Positions 18,548 to 27,406 of a stretch of DNA of 64,000 nt are shown one piece after another. Made by a program: the position numbers and the translations under genes. The notes below the pieces were generated by a model. It had not been told where the DNA came from, ran no database searches, and saw only the letters and a list, made by a program, of their open reading frames with translations. Every line of letters begins with the position of its first letter. The stretch's first letter is position 1. The DNA is from Terriglobia bacterium (GTDB lineage Bacteria > Acidobacteriota > Terriglobia > JAJPHL01 > JAPKYU01), in NCBI GenBank assembly GCA_965223005.1, contig CBDCVK010000003.1:32001-96000 (forward strand), written 5' to 3'.

Positions 18548-19720
18548 TCAGAACTCCTTCAACTGCTCGAGGTAGCCCTGGTAGTTGCGCTCGATTTCCC
18601 GGAGCGAGTCACCTCCGAACTTCTCCAGGAAGCAGCGGGCCACCACCAGCGCGACCATGGTCTCGCCGCCGACGCCCGCAGCCGGCACCACGCAGACATC
18701 CGAGCGCTCGTAGGCTGCCTGCGTCGACTCTTTGGTCACCAGGTCCACCGATTCCAGGGGACGGCGCAAGGTGGAAATGGGCTTGAGGTAGCCGCGCACG
18801 ACGATCTCCTGGCCGTTGCTGATGCCCCCTTCGATGCCGCCGGCCCGGTTGCTCTTGCGGGTAAACCCTGGCCGCCCCGCGTCGTAGCCGATGGGGTCCT
18901 GCACGGTGGAGCCGAAGGACAACGCGTTTTCGACGCCGCTGCCGATCTCCACGGCCTTCACCGCCTGCAGCGACACGAGCGCCTGGGCCAGCAGGCCGTC
19001 CAGCCGCTCGTCCCAGTTGGCGCAGGTCCCCAGGCCCGGCGGAACGCCGCAAGCGACGACCTCGAAGACACCGCCCACCGAATCACCGGTGCGCAAGGCC
19101 TTATCCACTTCGGCCTTCATTGCGGCTTCGGTCTCTGGATCCGCGCAGCGAAGCACCGGCTCCGGGCGCGTGGCCACCTGGCGAATCTGTTCGAAAGTGA
19201 CCGACTTGCGCAACACAACGCCCCCCACAGCGATGACGTGGCTCCAGACCTCGATGTGGAAGCAACGCAGCAACAACTTGGCCAGAGCGCCGGCGCCGAC
19301 CCGCGCTGCGCTTTCCCGCGCACTGGCCCGTTCCAGCACGAAGCGCGCGTCATGCAGATTGTATTTCAGGCAGCCGGCCAGGTCGGCGTGCCCCGGCCGC
19401 GGCGCAGTCAGCTTCCGTTGCTGCGACTCGGGAACCTCGCGCGCCTCCACTGGCAGGCTCTCTTTCCAATTTTCCCAGTCCCGGTTCCGGATCAGCATGG
19501 CCACCGGGGCGCCGATGGTGGAGCCGCGGCGCACGCCAGACAATATCTCGGCGGTATCCGTCTCGATCTTCATGCGCCCGCCGCGCCCGTAGCCGCCCTG
19601 GCGGCGGCGCAGCTCGGTATTAATGAATTCCAGGTCTATGGGAATGCCGGAGGGAAGCCCCTGGACCAGAGCCACCAGGCTCTGCCCGTGCGACTCGCCG
19701 GCGGTAGAAAAGCGTAGCAT
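18548..19720 (-). CDS. aroC: Chorismate synthase
   Basis: TAGESHG, RPGHAD, ERASARE, NRAGGIEGG, KPIST, ERSD. Confidence 0.97.
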   Translation of the reverse strand: MLRFSTAGESHGQSLVALVQGLPSGIPIDLEFINTELRRRQGGYGRGGRMKIETDTAEILSGVRRGSTIGAPVAMLIRNRDWENWKESLPVEAREVPESQQRKLTAPRPGHADLAGCLKYNLHDARFVLERASARESAARVGAGALAKLLLRCFHIEVWSHVIAVGGVVLRKSVTFEQIRQVATRPEPVLRCADPETEAAMKAEVDKALRTGDSVGGVFEVVACGVPPGLGTCANWDERLDGLLAQALVSLQAVKAVEIGSGVENALSFGSTVQDPIGYDAGRPGFTRKSNRAGGIEGGISNGQEIVVRGYLKPISTLRRPLESVDLVTKESTQAAYERSDVCVVPAAGVGGETMVALVVARCFLEKFGGDSLREIERNYQGYLEQLKEF

Positions 19721-19734
19721 CGGAAGACATGTGT

Positions 19735-19796
19735 CAGGTGTCAGGCGTGAGAACTATGAATGCCTGTTGGGCTCACGCCTACAACCTGACACCTGC
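19735..19796. repeat. Heptamer-derived imperfect inverted repeat between aroC and the btuF-like gene
   Basis: caggtgtcaggcgtgag ... ctcacgcct..cctgacacctg. Confidence 0.7.
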
Positions 19797-19855
19797 TACG
19801 AGCATTATACGTGCCACAGGCACTGGTTTGCAGGTATGCTATAAGTTCTGAAGTA

Positions 19856-20752
19856 ATGGGGCTGGGTACAATTGTCTGCCTTGTTGCCTGCGCTGCAGCG
19901 GCAATGCTCCCGCCGAGCGTCGCGGCGCGGGTGCTCACCGACCATATCGGCCGCCGGGTCGAGGTTCCCGACCACCCGCGGCGCATCGTATCGCTGGCGC
20001 CAAATCTTACTGAGACGCTGTTTGCCGTGGGGCTGGGCGACCGGGTTGTGGGTGTCACCGATTTCTGCGACTTTCCTTCCGAAGCCAGATCCAAGCCCAC
20101 GGTGGGCGGGGTCATCAACCCCAGCGTAGAAGTGGTGGTCAGTCTGAAGCCAGATCTGGTGCTAATCAGCCGCGAAGGGAACCGTCGTGAGACCATGACG
20201 GCGCTGGAGCGCCTGAGAATCCCCGTGTTCGCCGTGAGCGCAGAGCGGCTGGGGGACGTCTTTCGACTGATCCGCGACGTGGCGGCGATTGCAGGGGTAG
20301 CTGCTCGCGGCGAAGCGCTCGCCGATCGCTTGGAGCGGCAGGCTGCCGAGATCGAAGCAGCCGTCCGGCCCTACCCGCCGCGGCGCGTGGTGCTGCTGGT
20401 CTGGCTGCACCCGATTGTGAGCGTGGGGCGCGGCAGTTTCCTGGACGACCTGCTGCGCCGCACCGGCGCGGTTTCCATCTCTGCCGACACTGCCCAGCCC
20501 TGGCCGCGCCTGTCGGTAGAGCAAGTGGTGCGGAGCAATCCTGAATTCCTCCTGGTGCCGCGCTCCCCAAGCTTCGCGCCTACCCGCGAGCAGTTGCTCC
20601 GCCTGCCCGGTTGGAGGGAGCTGCCGGCCGTGCAGCAAGGGCGCATCATCTACGTGCCCTGGGACGTGGAGCGCCCCGGGCCTCGGCTGGTCGAGATGCA
20701 ACAGTTGCTTGCTCGGGCACTGCATCCGGAGGCGTTTGCGACGAAACCATGA
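19856..20752 (+). CDS. Cobalamin/iron-siderophore ABC transporter substrate-binding protein (BtuF-like)
   Basis: RRIVSLAPNLTETLFAVG, VVGVTDFCDFP, RPGPRL; start taken at ATG 19856. Confidence 0.88.
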   Translation: MGLGTIVCLVACAAAAMLPPSVAARVLTDHIGRRVEVPDHPRRIVSLAPNLTETLFAVGLGDRVVGVTDFCDFPSEARSKPTVGGVINPSVEVVVSLKPDLVLISREGNRRETMTALERLRIPVFAVSAERLGDVFRLIRDVAAIAGVAARGEALADRLERQAAEIEAAVRPYPPRRVVLLVWLHPIVSVGRGSFLDDLLRRTGAVSISADTAQPWPRLSVEQVVRSNPEFLLVPRSPSFAPTREQLLRLPGWRELPAVQQGRIIYVPWDVERPGPRLVEMQQLLARALHPEAFATKP

Positions 20753-21753
20753 TTCTCACCCGCGGTCGCGTGGTCTGGACGTCGCTCGCCGTGCTGGGCG
20801 CGGCCGTCGTGGTGACGCTTGTGGCTCTGCTGCTGGGCTCCAGCGTGACGTTTACTCCTAGCGACGTGCTGGACGCGGTGCGCGATCGGAAGAGCACGCT
20901 GGGCGTGATCTTGTTTGACCTCCGCGTGCCGCGCGTGCTGCTGGCCTTGATCGTGGGGGCTGCTTTGTCGATGGCCGGCGCCTGCTACCAGGCCTTGCTC
21001 CGTAACCCGTTGGCAGAGCCCTACGTCCTGGGAATCTCCAGCGGAGCGGCCCTGGGCGTGATTCTGTTCTTGGTTGTAGCACCCGCCTGGCAACAGGGCA
21101 AGCCGCTGGCCGGGTTGCTGGGAGCTCTAGTCACCACCGGCATCGTCTATCTCTTGGGCTTCCGACGCGGGCGCGCGAGCGGGCAGTCGTTGCTGTTGGC
21201 CGGCGTGATTGTCGCTTCGTTCCTCTCGGCTGTGATTGTGTGCTTGATGACCATGCTGCCCAGCCGCAACCTGCGCGGCACGGCGATCTGGCTGATGGGG
21301 GACCTGGGGTTGTTCAACGACGGCCTGATCTCTGTTCTGATCTGGTGCCTGCTGCCAGTGTTGGTCGCCGGCATGGTCGCCTACTGGTTTGCTGCCGAGC
21401 TGAACCTTCTGTTGGTGGGCGAAGAAGAAGCCGCCGCACTGGGAGTGGATGTCCCACGGGTCAAGCTGGCCGTCTTCGTGGCCGCCAGCGCCCTGACGGC
21501 GGTGGCCGTTGCTCACGCCGGCGCCATCGGCTTTCTGGGCCTTCTGGTGCCGCACTTGGTGCGATTGCTGCTCGGCAATGACTACCGGCTGTTACTGCCG
21601 GTGGCGGCCCTCGCGGGCGCTGTCCTGCTGGTGGCAGCCGATACCGCCGCACGCACTGTGGCTGCCCCTACCGAGTTGCCCGTCGGCGCCTTCACGGCGC
21701 TGGCGGGAGCGCCGTTGTTCATCTACCTGCTGCGCCGGAAGCTGGCCGAATGA
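20749..21753 (+). CDS. FecCD/BtuC family ABC permease
   Basis: LRVPRVLLA, RNPLAEPYVLGISSGA, EEAAALGV, IGFLGLLVPH, ELPVG; ATGA overlap with the upstream gene. Confidence 0.92.
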   Translation: MILTRGRVVWTSLAVLGAAVVVTLVALLLGSSVTFTPSDVLDAVRDRKSTLGVILFDLRVPRVLLALIVGAALSMAGACYQALLRNPLAEPYVLGISSGAALGVILFLVVAPAWQQGKPLAGLLGALVTTGIVYLLGFRRGRASGQSLLLAGVIVASFLSAVIVCLMTMLPSRNLRGTAIWLMGDLGLFNDGLISVLIWCLLPVLVAGMVAYWFAAELNLLLVGEEEAAALGVDVPRVKLAVFVAASALTAVAVAHAGAIGFLGLLVPHLVRLLLGNDYRLLLPVAALAGAVLLVAADTAARTVAAPTELPVGAFTALAGAPLFIYLLRRKLAE

Positions 21754-22598
21754 CGACCGCTCCCGCTCGCCGGCTCTTGCTGGACATCAATTCGGTGGAG
21801 TTTGCCTATCGAGCGCCGCGTCGGCGGGGCGGGCTGGACGGCTCCCAGGACGGAAGGTTTCGTCTGGGACCGCTCAGCTTCAACATCTACGCGGGAGATT
21901 TTCTGGCCATCATCGGACCCAACGGCAGCGGCAAAACCACATTGTTGCGCCTAATGGCCGGCCTCCTGCGCCCGGCGCACGGCGACGTCAGCTTTGCCGG
22001 GAGCGAAATTTCGCTGCTCGAGCCGCGCGAACGCGCCCGGCGGATCGCCGTAGTGCGCCAGGAAGCACCGCTGGTGTTCCCCAGCACCGTGGAGCAGTTC
22101 GTCCTGCTCGGCCGCTATCCTTACGCCGGCCGCTTCGGTTTCGAGCGCGAAGAAGATGCGCGCATGGCGCGCCTGGCCATGGAGGCCACGCACATCTGCT
22201 CGATGGCGCATCGCCGCATGGACGAGATTTCCGGCGGGGAGCGCCAGCGCGCGGTGCTGGCGCGCGCTCTGGCTCAGGAACCGGAACTGTTGCTGCTGGA
22301 CGAGCCCACCGCCAACCTGGACATCAGTTTCCAGGTGGAATTGCTGCGCTTGATCCGCCGTCAGGCCTCTCAGTATGAGTTCGGGGTGGTGACGGTGATG
22401 CACGAAGTCAACCTGGCTTCCGAGTTCGCCGACTACCTGATGCTGCTTCGCGCCGGCAGAGTCTTTTGCTCGGGAACGCCAGAGGAAGTCCTCACTAGGC
22501 CCGCGCTCGAAGAAGTGTATGGCGTGCCGATCCGCATTGACCGCAACCCGTTCAGCGGACGCCCTCACGTGACCGTGATCGCCTCCGCCTCCCTCTAG
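21750..22598 (+). CDS. ABC ATP-binding protein (BtuD/FecE-like)
   Basis: GPNGSGKTT, ISGGERQR, LLLDEPT. Confidence 0.93.
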   Translation: MTTAPARRLLLDINSVEFAYRAPRRRGGLDGSQDGRFRLGPLSFNIYAGDFLAIIGPNGSGKTTLLRLMAGLLRPAHGDVSFAGSEISLLEPRERARRIAVVRQEAPLVFPSTVEQFVLLGRYPYAGRFGFEREEDARMARLAMEATHICSMAHRRMDEISGGERQRAVLARALAQEPELLLLDEPTANLDISFQVELLRLIRRQASQYEFGVVTVMHEVNLASEFADYLMLLRAGRVFCSGTPEEVLTRPALEEVYGVPIRIDRNPFSGRPHVTVIASASL

Positions 22599-22624
22599 CA
22601 GGCTGCTGGACCCAAGAAGGCTTC

Positions 22625-22692
22625 CACAGGCTGAAGCCTGTGCCACTCTTTAACAACTTGCGAGTTGGCGGTGGCCCAGACTTCAGTCTGTG
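22625..22692. repeat. REP/REPIN-like pair of inverted palindromes
   Basis: cacaggctgaagcctgtgccac (22625-22646) and inverted copy gtggcccagacttcagtctgtg (22671-22692), each with an internal hairpin. Confidence 0.75.
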
Positions 22693-22755
22693 CAGGAGTT
22701 TTTCAGCATCCTGCAAGCAGCAGCGTAGGGGCTCCGGACTGCCGAGAGGCAGACC

Positions 22756-23010
22756 TTACTTCCGTTTTTTGCGTCGGGTTTGCTTACCGAAACTCTCGAG
22801 TTGGGACGCCAGCTTGTCCAATTTCCGAGAGGCCGACCGCATTAACAGCACGGACCGGCCCTGCGCCTTCGTTTGCATTTCGATCCCTTTGCGCACTATC
22901 GTTCGCGCCTCTTTTTCAAGACGCCCCAGCGCAGCGCCCAGCTCTGCTCCGGTCGATAGCGCAACCCGTTCTATTTCCTTTTCTAGGCTCTTTCTTTTCC
23001 TGGTTGGCAT
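22756..23010 (-). CDS. Small basic helical protein (84 aa), function unknown
   Basis: SD GGAG 5 nt before ATG 23010; MPTRKRKS...KQTRRKKRK with an amphipathic helical core. Confidence 0.6.
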   Translation of the reverse strand: MPTRKRKSLEKEIERVALSTGAELGAALGRLEKEARTIVRKGIEMQTKAQGRSVLLMRSASRKLDKLASQLESFGKQTRRKKRK

Positions 23011-24214
23011 ATGCACTCCATTCAACAGATTCGCACTCGCCGGAGCCGCCCCCCGGCGCTGCCCCGGACGCGCAGGGATTGCCCCTGGCAGACTGGTCTG
23101 AGCTGGTGGCCCTCTGGAGAACCTGGCGGGCCAACTGCAGGGCACGGCCGCGCAGCATGTTAGCTTTCTCCAGCCGCGCGGGATCGGTACGCAAGGCTGG
23201 TTGGGCGGCCAAGGCGCGGTACATGGCGGTCAGCGCTTCCTGTTGGCGTCCAGTGGCCTCGAGCGCAGCGGCCAGCACCACCTGGAAGGTTTCATGTCCT
23301 GGCGCCAGTTCGGTACTGCGGCGGGCATAGCCGAGCGCTTCCTGGGACTGATTCTTCTCCAGCAGCACCAGAGCGGCGCAGTTATGGTGGAATGGGTTCT
23401 TCGGCTGCTGGTTAGCAGCGCGGCCACCGTGGGTCAGCGCGCCGTTGTAGTCCCCGGTGGCATAGAGTGCCAGGCAAAGCTGTCCGTGCGCCTCGGCCAA
23501 GTTAGGCTCGATTTTCAGGGCCTGCCGCAACTCCTGGACTGCCTCGTCGGGCCGGCCGGTCAGCGTGAGCAACATCCCCAAATGGCCGCGGGGCTGTGCC
23601 CATCCCGGGCGCTGTTGGGCGACCCGGCGAAGGACCTCAGCCGCTTCGGTCAGTTCGGCGTTGCCTAGCAGGTGGAGGCCAAGCTGGTACCCAGCCTCGG
23701 AAAACCGCGGGACTAGCTTGACGGATTGGCGCAGATAGCGGATGCGTTCGGTTTCGTCGGTGCCGATCATTCCCAGATAGTAGAACACCACCGAGCGCCG
23801 ATCGGGCTTCAGGCGGGGAGCGATGCTCTGAAGCTGCCGCTGGCATTCCGGCAGCACCTGCTTCCAGGCGGCCTCCGCCGCCGCAGCCGAGGGGTTGTTC
23901 AAAACGCCGGCTGTCTGCTCACTCGATCTTAGTTCACCATTCATCGCGTAGGCGGCGCCTAGCAGGCATTTGGCGCGTTGAGCCTCCAGCGAGGCCGCGG
24001 ATTTGCTGGCTGCAGGGCGCAGCAGCCGGATAGCCCCCTCCGCGTCGCTCGCGGCCATGCGTTCCAGTGCGATCTGCAACACGTTCGGCGCCGGGTCCTC
24101 CCTCGACTGGGTGGTCACGCCCTGGCCGGCTGCCTGGGCACGCACGAGACTGACGTGCGGTGTAAGCAGGAGCTGCTGGACAAGGACCAGGGCCAGGAGT
24201 ATTTTGAGGGACAT
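22916..24214 (-). CDS. Secreted tetratricopeptide repeat protein
   Basis: Signal peptide MSLKILLALVLVQQLLL, TPR motifs (EAVQELRQALKIEPNLAEAHGQL); 3' tail overlaps the next gene. Confidence 0.8.
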   Translation of the reverse strand: MSLKILLALVLVQQLLLTPHVSLVRAQAAGQGVTTQSREDPAPNVLQIALERMAASDAEGAIRLLRPAASKSAASLEAQRAKCLLGAAYAMNGELRSSEQTAGVLNNPSAAAAEAAWKQVLPECQRQLQSIAPRLKPDRRSVVFYYLGMIGTDETERIRYLRQSVKLVPRFSEAGYQLGLHLLGNAELTEAAEVLRRVAQQRPGWAQPRGHLGMLLTLTGRPDEAVQELRQALKIEPNLAEAHGQLCLALYATGDYNGALTHGGRAANQQPKNPFHHNCAALVLLEKNQSQEALGYARRSTELAPGHETFQVVLAAALEATGRQQEALTAMYRALAAQPALRTDPARLEKANMLRGRALQLARQVLQRATSSDQSARGNPCASGAAPGGGSGECESVEWSAYANQEKKEPRKGNRTGCAIDRSRAGRCAGAS

Positions 24215-24270
24215 CACAGTGATTGTATCTGGGTGTGGCTGGGGGCGCACGGATTTTCTGGACGGCAGGT

Positions 24271-24972
24271 ATGGACAAGAAAGGCAACTCTGCGGCGGAC
24301 CGCGAGCAACTTCCGCCGATCACATTATTCGGAAAGCGAATGAAGTCGACGGGGACGGCGTCAGAACCGCCGCCCGGTCCGGCTCGGCACATCGGGGCAA
24401 GGCGCGGCAGCGAAGACGCCGAGGGACGCCGCGTGTTCTGGGTGGCCGTCGGGGTCTTTGCCCTGGTTTTGCTGGCTGCTCTTCTGGGACCCCGACTCCT
24501 GCACCAGCCCCGACTCCTGCACCAGAAAGACGGGATCCGGGTTGGTCCCCCAGTTGACGGCCCAGTTGATGGCCCAGTTGACGGATTGACGCAGCCCTTA
24601 GCAGAAACGGCGGCGCCACAACTTGAAGCTTCGGAGGCTGAAGCCTCAGAGGGAGCCGCGCCGCTTCCTCCACAGCCCGCTGCAACGGCCATTGCACCGG
24701 AGGACACGTCGGCCGATTCAGCCCCGGCGCTGGCGCCTGCCACAGATGAGGCCAAGCCCGGTGGCGGCAAACCGGCCCGAGCACAAGCAGGCTCGACGAC
24801 GACAAGTCCCACGCCGGCCGAAGTCAGAGCGGCGGGGCGGCCGGCTCAGGGCAAGACACAGGCACCGCGTCGTCCCCCGCGTGACGAAGCTTACATCCGG
24901 CGGCTGCGCGAGCGGATGCAGCAGTATGAACGCGAGAAGGCACAGGGCAAGTACCAGGAGTCTCCCCAATAG
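24271..24972 (+). CDS. Single-pass membrane protein with low-complexity Pro/Ala linker
   Basis: TM VFWVAVGVFALVLLAALLG, internal tandem repeats, charged C-terminal helix; stop overlaps next start. Confidence 0.6.
   Translation: MDKKGNSAADREQLPPITLFGKRMKSTGTASEPPPGPARHIGARRGSEDAEGRRVFWVAVGVFALVLLAALLGPRLLHQPRLLHQKDGIRVGPPVDGPVDGPVDGLTQPLAETAAPQLEASEAEASEGAAPLPPQPAATAIAPEDTSADSAPALAPATDEAKPGGGKPARAQAGSTTTSPTPAEVRAAGRPAQGKTQAPRRPPRDEAYIRRLRERMQQYEREKAQGKYQESPQ
24490..24584 (+). repeat. In-frame tandem repeats (18 bp x2; 12 bp x3)
   Basis: ccccgactcctgcaccag x2 (PRLLHQ) at 24490-24525; cccagttga(c/t)gg x3 (PVDG) at 24549-24584. Confidence 0.9.
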
Positions 24973-25565
24973 TGCTACCGTTTACACGACGCATTCATAC
25001 TGCGATCGACCTGGCCGCCAGCGCCCATCGTGATCAGGCCCGAAAGGACCGCGACCGCCCCATCCCCTACGTGGCCCACCTCTTCGGCGTCGCCTGCCTG
25101 CTGGCAGAGTTCGGCTTTGATGAAGACGTCTTCGTGGCCGGATTACTGCACGACGTGCTGGAAGACCAGCCCGCCTACGGGCAAGATGTGGAGGGTTTCG
25201 GGGAGCGCGTGGTCAGCCTGGTGCGTGCGGTCACCGAACGCAAGCTTGATGCAGCCGGCGAGGAACGGCCCTGGGCAGTGCGCAAGAGCGAATACATTGA
25301 GCATCTGCGCTCCGCCCCGGCCGAGGCCAAGGCCATCTCCTGCGCCGACAAGATTCACAACATGCAGTCCATCCTGCTGGCGCTGGAGCGCGGCGCCCAG
25401 ATTTGGGGAGAAATGAAGGCCCCGCCCGATCAGCAACTGGACCGCTATCGCCGCCTGCGCGCCGCTCTGGCTGACGGGTGGCAGCATCCCATCCTGGTGC
25501 GGTTTGACGCGATTCTCGCCGAACTAGAGCGCCGCGTGCAACAAACCACCTCCCCGCAGGCCTGA
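24972..25565 (+). CDS. RelA/SpoT-type HD domain protein (small alarmone hydrolase-like)
   Basis: HRDQARK, PYVAH, LLHDVLED, AVTE, ADKIHN. Confidence 0.85.
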   Translation: MLPFTRRIHTAIDLAASAHRDQARKDRDRPIPYVAHLFGVACLLAEFGFDEDVFVAGLLHDVLEDQPAYGQDVEGFGERVVSLVRAVTERKLDAAGEERPWAVRKSEYIEHLRSAPAEAKAISCADKIHNMQSILLALERGAQIWGEMKAPPDQQLDRYRRLRAALADGWQHPILVRFDAILAELERRVQQTTSPQA

Positions 25566-25601
25566 CAACTTTCAGCCGAATTTCCGCTTATACTAGTAAG
25601 T

Positions 25602-26066
25602 ATGCTGTGGCGGACGCTCTGCTCCGGACTCCTGCTGGCGATGGCCGCGGGCGCCTGGGCTGCCACTCCCGAGAAAAAGGCGCCTGCCGGAAAGGCATTG
25701 GAGAAACCCACCGCCGTCCTCACCGGCCAGCTGGCGCACCAGGGGCGCGCGCCAGTCCTGAAGGTGCCAGTCCGGGGAGGGGGGGAGGTCAAGACTTACA
25801 GGTTGGTTCCCTCCGACGAGTACACCAGAGCGTTGCTGGGTGACAACCGCATCGGCGGTTGGGAACTGCGCGTGGAGGGTCGCTGGAAGAGCAAGGACAC
25901 CTTCCAGGTGGAGCGGCTCTTCAGCGTGCGCGACGGGCGGCTTCACAAGGTGACTTACTTCTGCCACATCTGCAACATCACTTCGTATAAGCCGGGCCGC
26001 TGCGACTGCTGCCAGGAGCCCACCGAAGTCCGCGAGGTGCCCCACGACCCCGAGGGCATCCACTAA
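25602..26066 (+). CDS. Secreted protein with C-terminal Cys-rich metal-binding-like motif
   Basis: Signal peptide; YFCHICNITSYKPGRCDCCQ. Confidence 0.7.
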   Translation: MLWRTLCSGLLLAMAAGAWAATPEKKAPAGKALEKPTAVLTGQLAHQGRAPVLKVPVRGGGEVKTYRLVPSDEYTRALLGDNRIGGWELRVEGRWKSKDTFQVERLFSVRDGRLHKVTYFCHICNITSYKPGRCDCCQEPTEVREVPHDPEGIH

Positions 26067-26446
26067 GATTGCCCGGCCAGCGCAATCAGATCTATCTCCA
26101 CTTTCACGTCGAACGCCAGCCGGGCGATCTCCACAGTGGCACGCGCCGGCGGCTGGCTGGGGAAGTAGCGCGCGTAGACTTTATTCATCTCGGCGAACTC
26201 CTTGAGGTCTTTCAGGTAGACATTCACCTTGACTACCCGCTCCATGCTGGAGCCGGCCGCCTTCACAATCGCGGACAGGTTCTTCATCACCTGCTCGGTC
26301 TGGACGGCGATATCGCCTTCGACCACCTTGCCCGAAGAATCCAGTGGCATCTGGCCACTGACAAACACGAAGCCATTCGCCTCTACAACCTGGGAATAGG
26401 GACCCACAGCTGGAGGCGCATCCGGGGAAGAAATGATTCGTTTCAT
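26063..26446 (-). CDS. ridA: RidA/YjgF reactive intermediate deaminase
   Basis: APPAVGPYSQ, FVSGQ, VKVNVYL, PARATVE, VEIDLIA. Confidence 0.92.
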   Translation of the reverse strand: MKRIISSPDAPPAVGPYSQVVEANGFVFVSGQMPLDSSGKVVEGDIAVQTEQVMKNLSAIVKAAGSSMERVVKVNVYLKDLKEFAEMNKVYARYFPSQPPARATVEIARLAFDVKVEIDLIALAGQS

Positions 26447-26626
26447 GGCGCGCTATTAAAGCATAGAACAGGGTGAACCGCTATCTTTTGACGAGCCGAA
26501 CGTCCGCGGTAGGGAAGCGGGGCATTCGCCCTTGTGCCTGCAGCCGGTTCGGCGGTAAAATTTATTATGCGGCGGTCAACCCTCTCACAGGTGCAGGGCA
26601 GTCGTGTATTCCGAGGAGACTTCTGC

Positions 26627-27208
26627 ATGCTGCAGGAAAAACGGACCCTGGCGTTGCTGGCGAGCCTGATCCTTGGGCTCGTGCTGGCGGCTACCCCGGC
26701 GCTGGGTCAGATCAAAGCGGCGGACCCGAAGGCCCCGAAGAAACTAGCGCCCTATGTGCCTTCCCCGGAAACGGTAGTGGAGAGGATGCTGAAGCTGGCC
26801 GAGGTCAAGCCAGGCGATATTGTCTACGACCTGGGGTCGGGGGACGGGCGGATCCTCATCATAGCCGCCCAGAAATTCGGCGCGCAGGCGGTCGGCGTGG
26901 AGATGGACAAGAAGCTGCACAAGGAAGCCTTAGAACGCATCCAGCAATTAAAGCTGGAAGACAGGGTGAAGGTGATCCACGGCGATCTGATGAAGGTGGA
27001 TGTGAGCCAGGCCACGGTGGTTACCCTCTACCTGTTGACCAGCTCCAACGAGAAGCTGAAACCAAAACTGGAGAAGCACCTGCAGAAGGGCGCGCGCGTC
27101 GTCTCACACGATTTCAAAGTTCCCGGCTGGCGCGCGGAGAAGATCGAAAACATGAGCCAGGGCGAGAGCCAATTCCATCAGCACACCCTCTACCTCTACC
27201 GCCGGTAA
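26627..27208 (+). CDS. Class I SAM-dependent methyltransferase with N-terminal signal/TM segment
   Basis: APYVPSP, YDLGSGDGR, ATVVTLYL, RVVSHDF; start at ATG 26627. Confidence 0.88.
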   Translation: MLQEKRTLALLASLILGLVLAATPALGQIKAADPKAPKKLAPYVPSPETVVERMLKLAEVKPGDIVYDLGSGDGRILIIAAQKFGAQAVGVEMDKKLHKEALERIQQLKLEDRVKVIHGDLMKVDVSQATVVTLYLLTSSNEKLKPKLEKHLQKGARVVSHDFKVPGWRAEKIENMSQGESQFHQHTLYLYRR

Positions 27209-27274
27209 ATTGCTCCGCGTTTGGGTCGCGGGACGCGTCTGCTCCACGTCGCCCGTGAGATAGGCTTGGTCCGG

Positions 27275-27310
27275 CGCTCAACCCCCGCGCTCAACCTCCG
27301 CCGCTCAACC
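27275..27310 (+). repeat. Three cgctcaacc direct repeats upstream of proC
   Basis: cgctcaacc at about 27275, 27288 and 27302. Confidence 0.75.
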
Positions 27311-27406
27311 AAGGTTCTCTTCCTCACGCGGGCATAGAAGAATTCCCTTCCGAAAAGGCTTTTCGCAAGAGACTATAGTGGCCGAATCGCACACTGGGAG
27401 GAAGCA

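Noticed and set aside
18269-19717. Long antisense ORFs (also 7211-8473, 43142-44401, 56942-58213, 35369-36592)
   Set aside because: Shadow frames of well-supported genes in GC-rich DNA, with no recognisable motifs
19817-19835. Sigma54 promoter (aggcactggtttgca)
   Set aside because: GG-to-GC spacing is 9 nt rather than the required 10
19721-19855. Cobalamin riboswitch upstream of the btuF-like gene
   Set aside because: The region is only about 135 bp, is occupied by a heptamer-derived hairpin, and has no recognisable B12 box
27255-27380. Proline-rich leader peptide attenuating proC
   Set aside because: The Pro-rich frame has no start codon after its upstream stop
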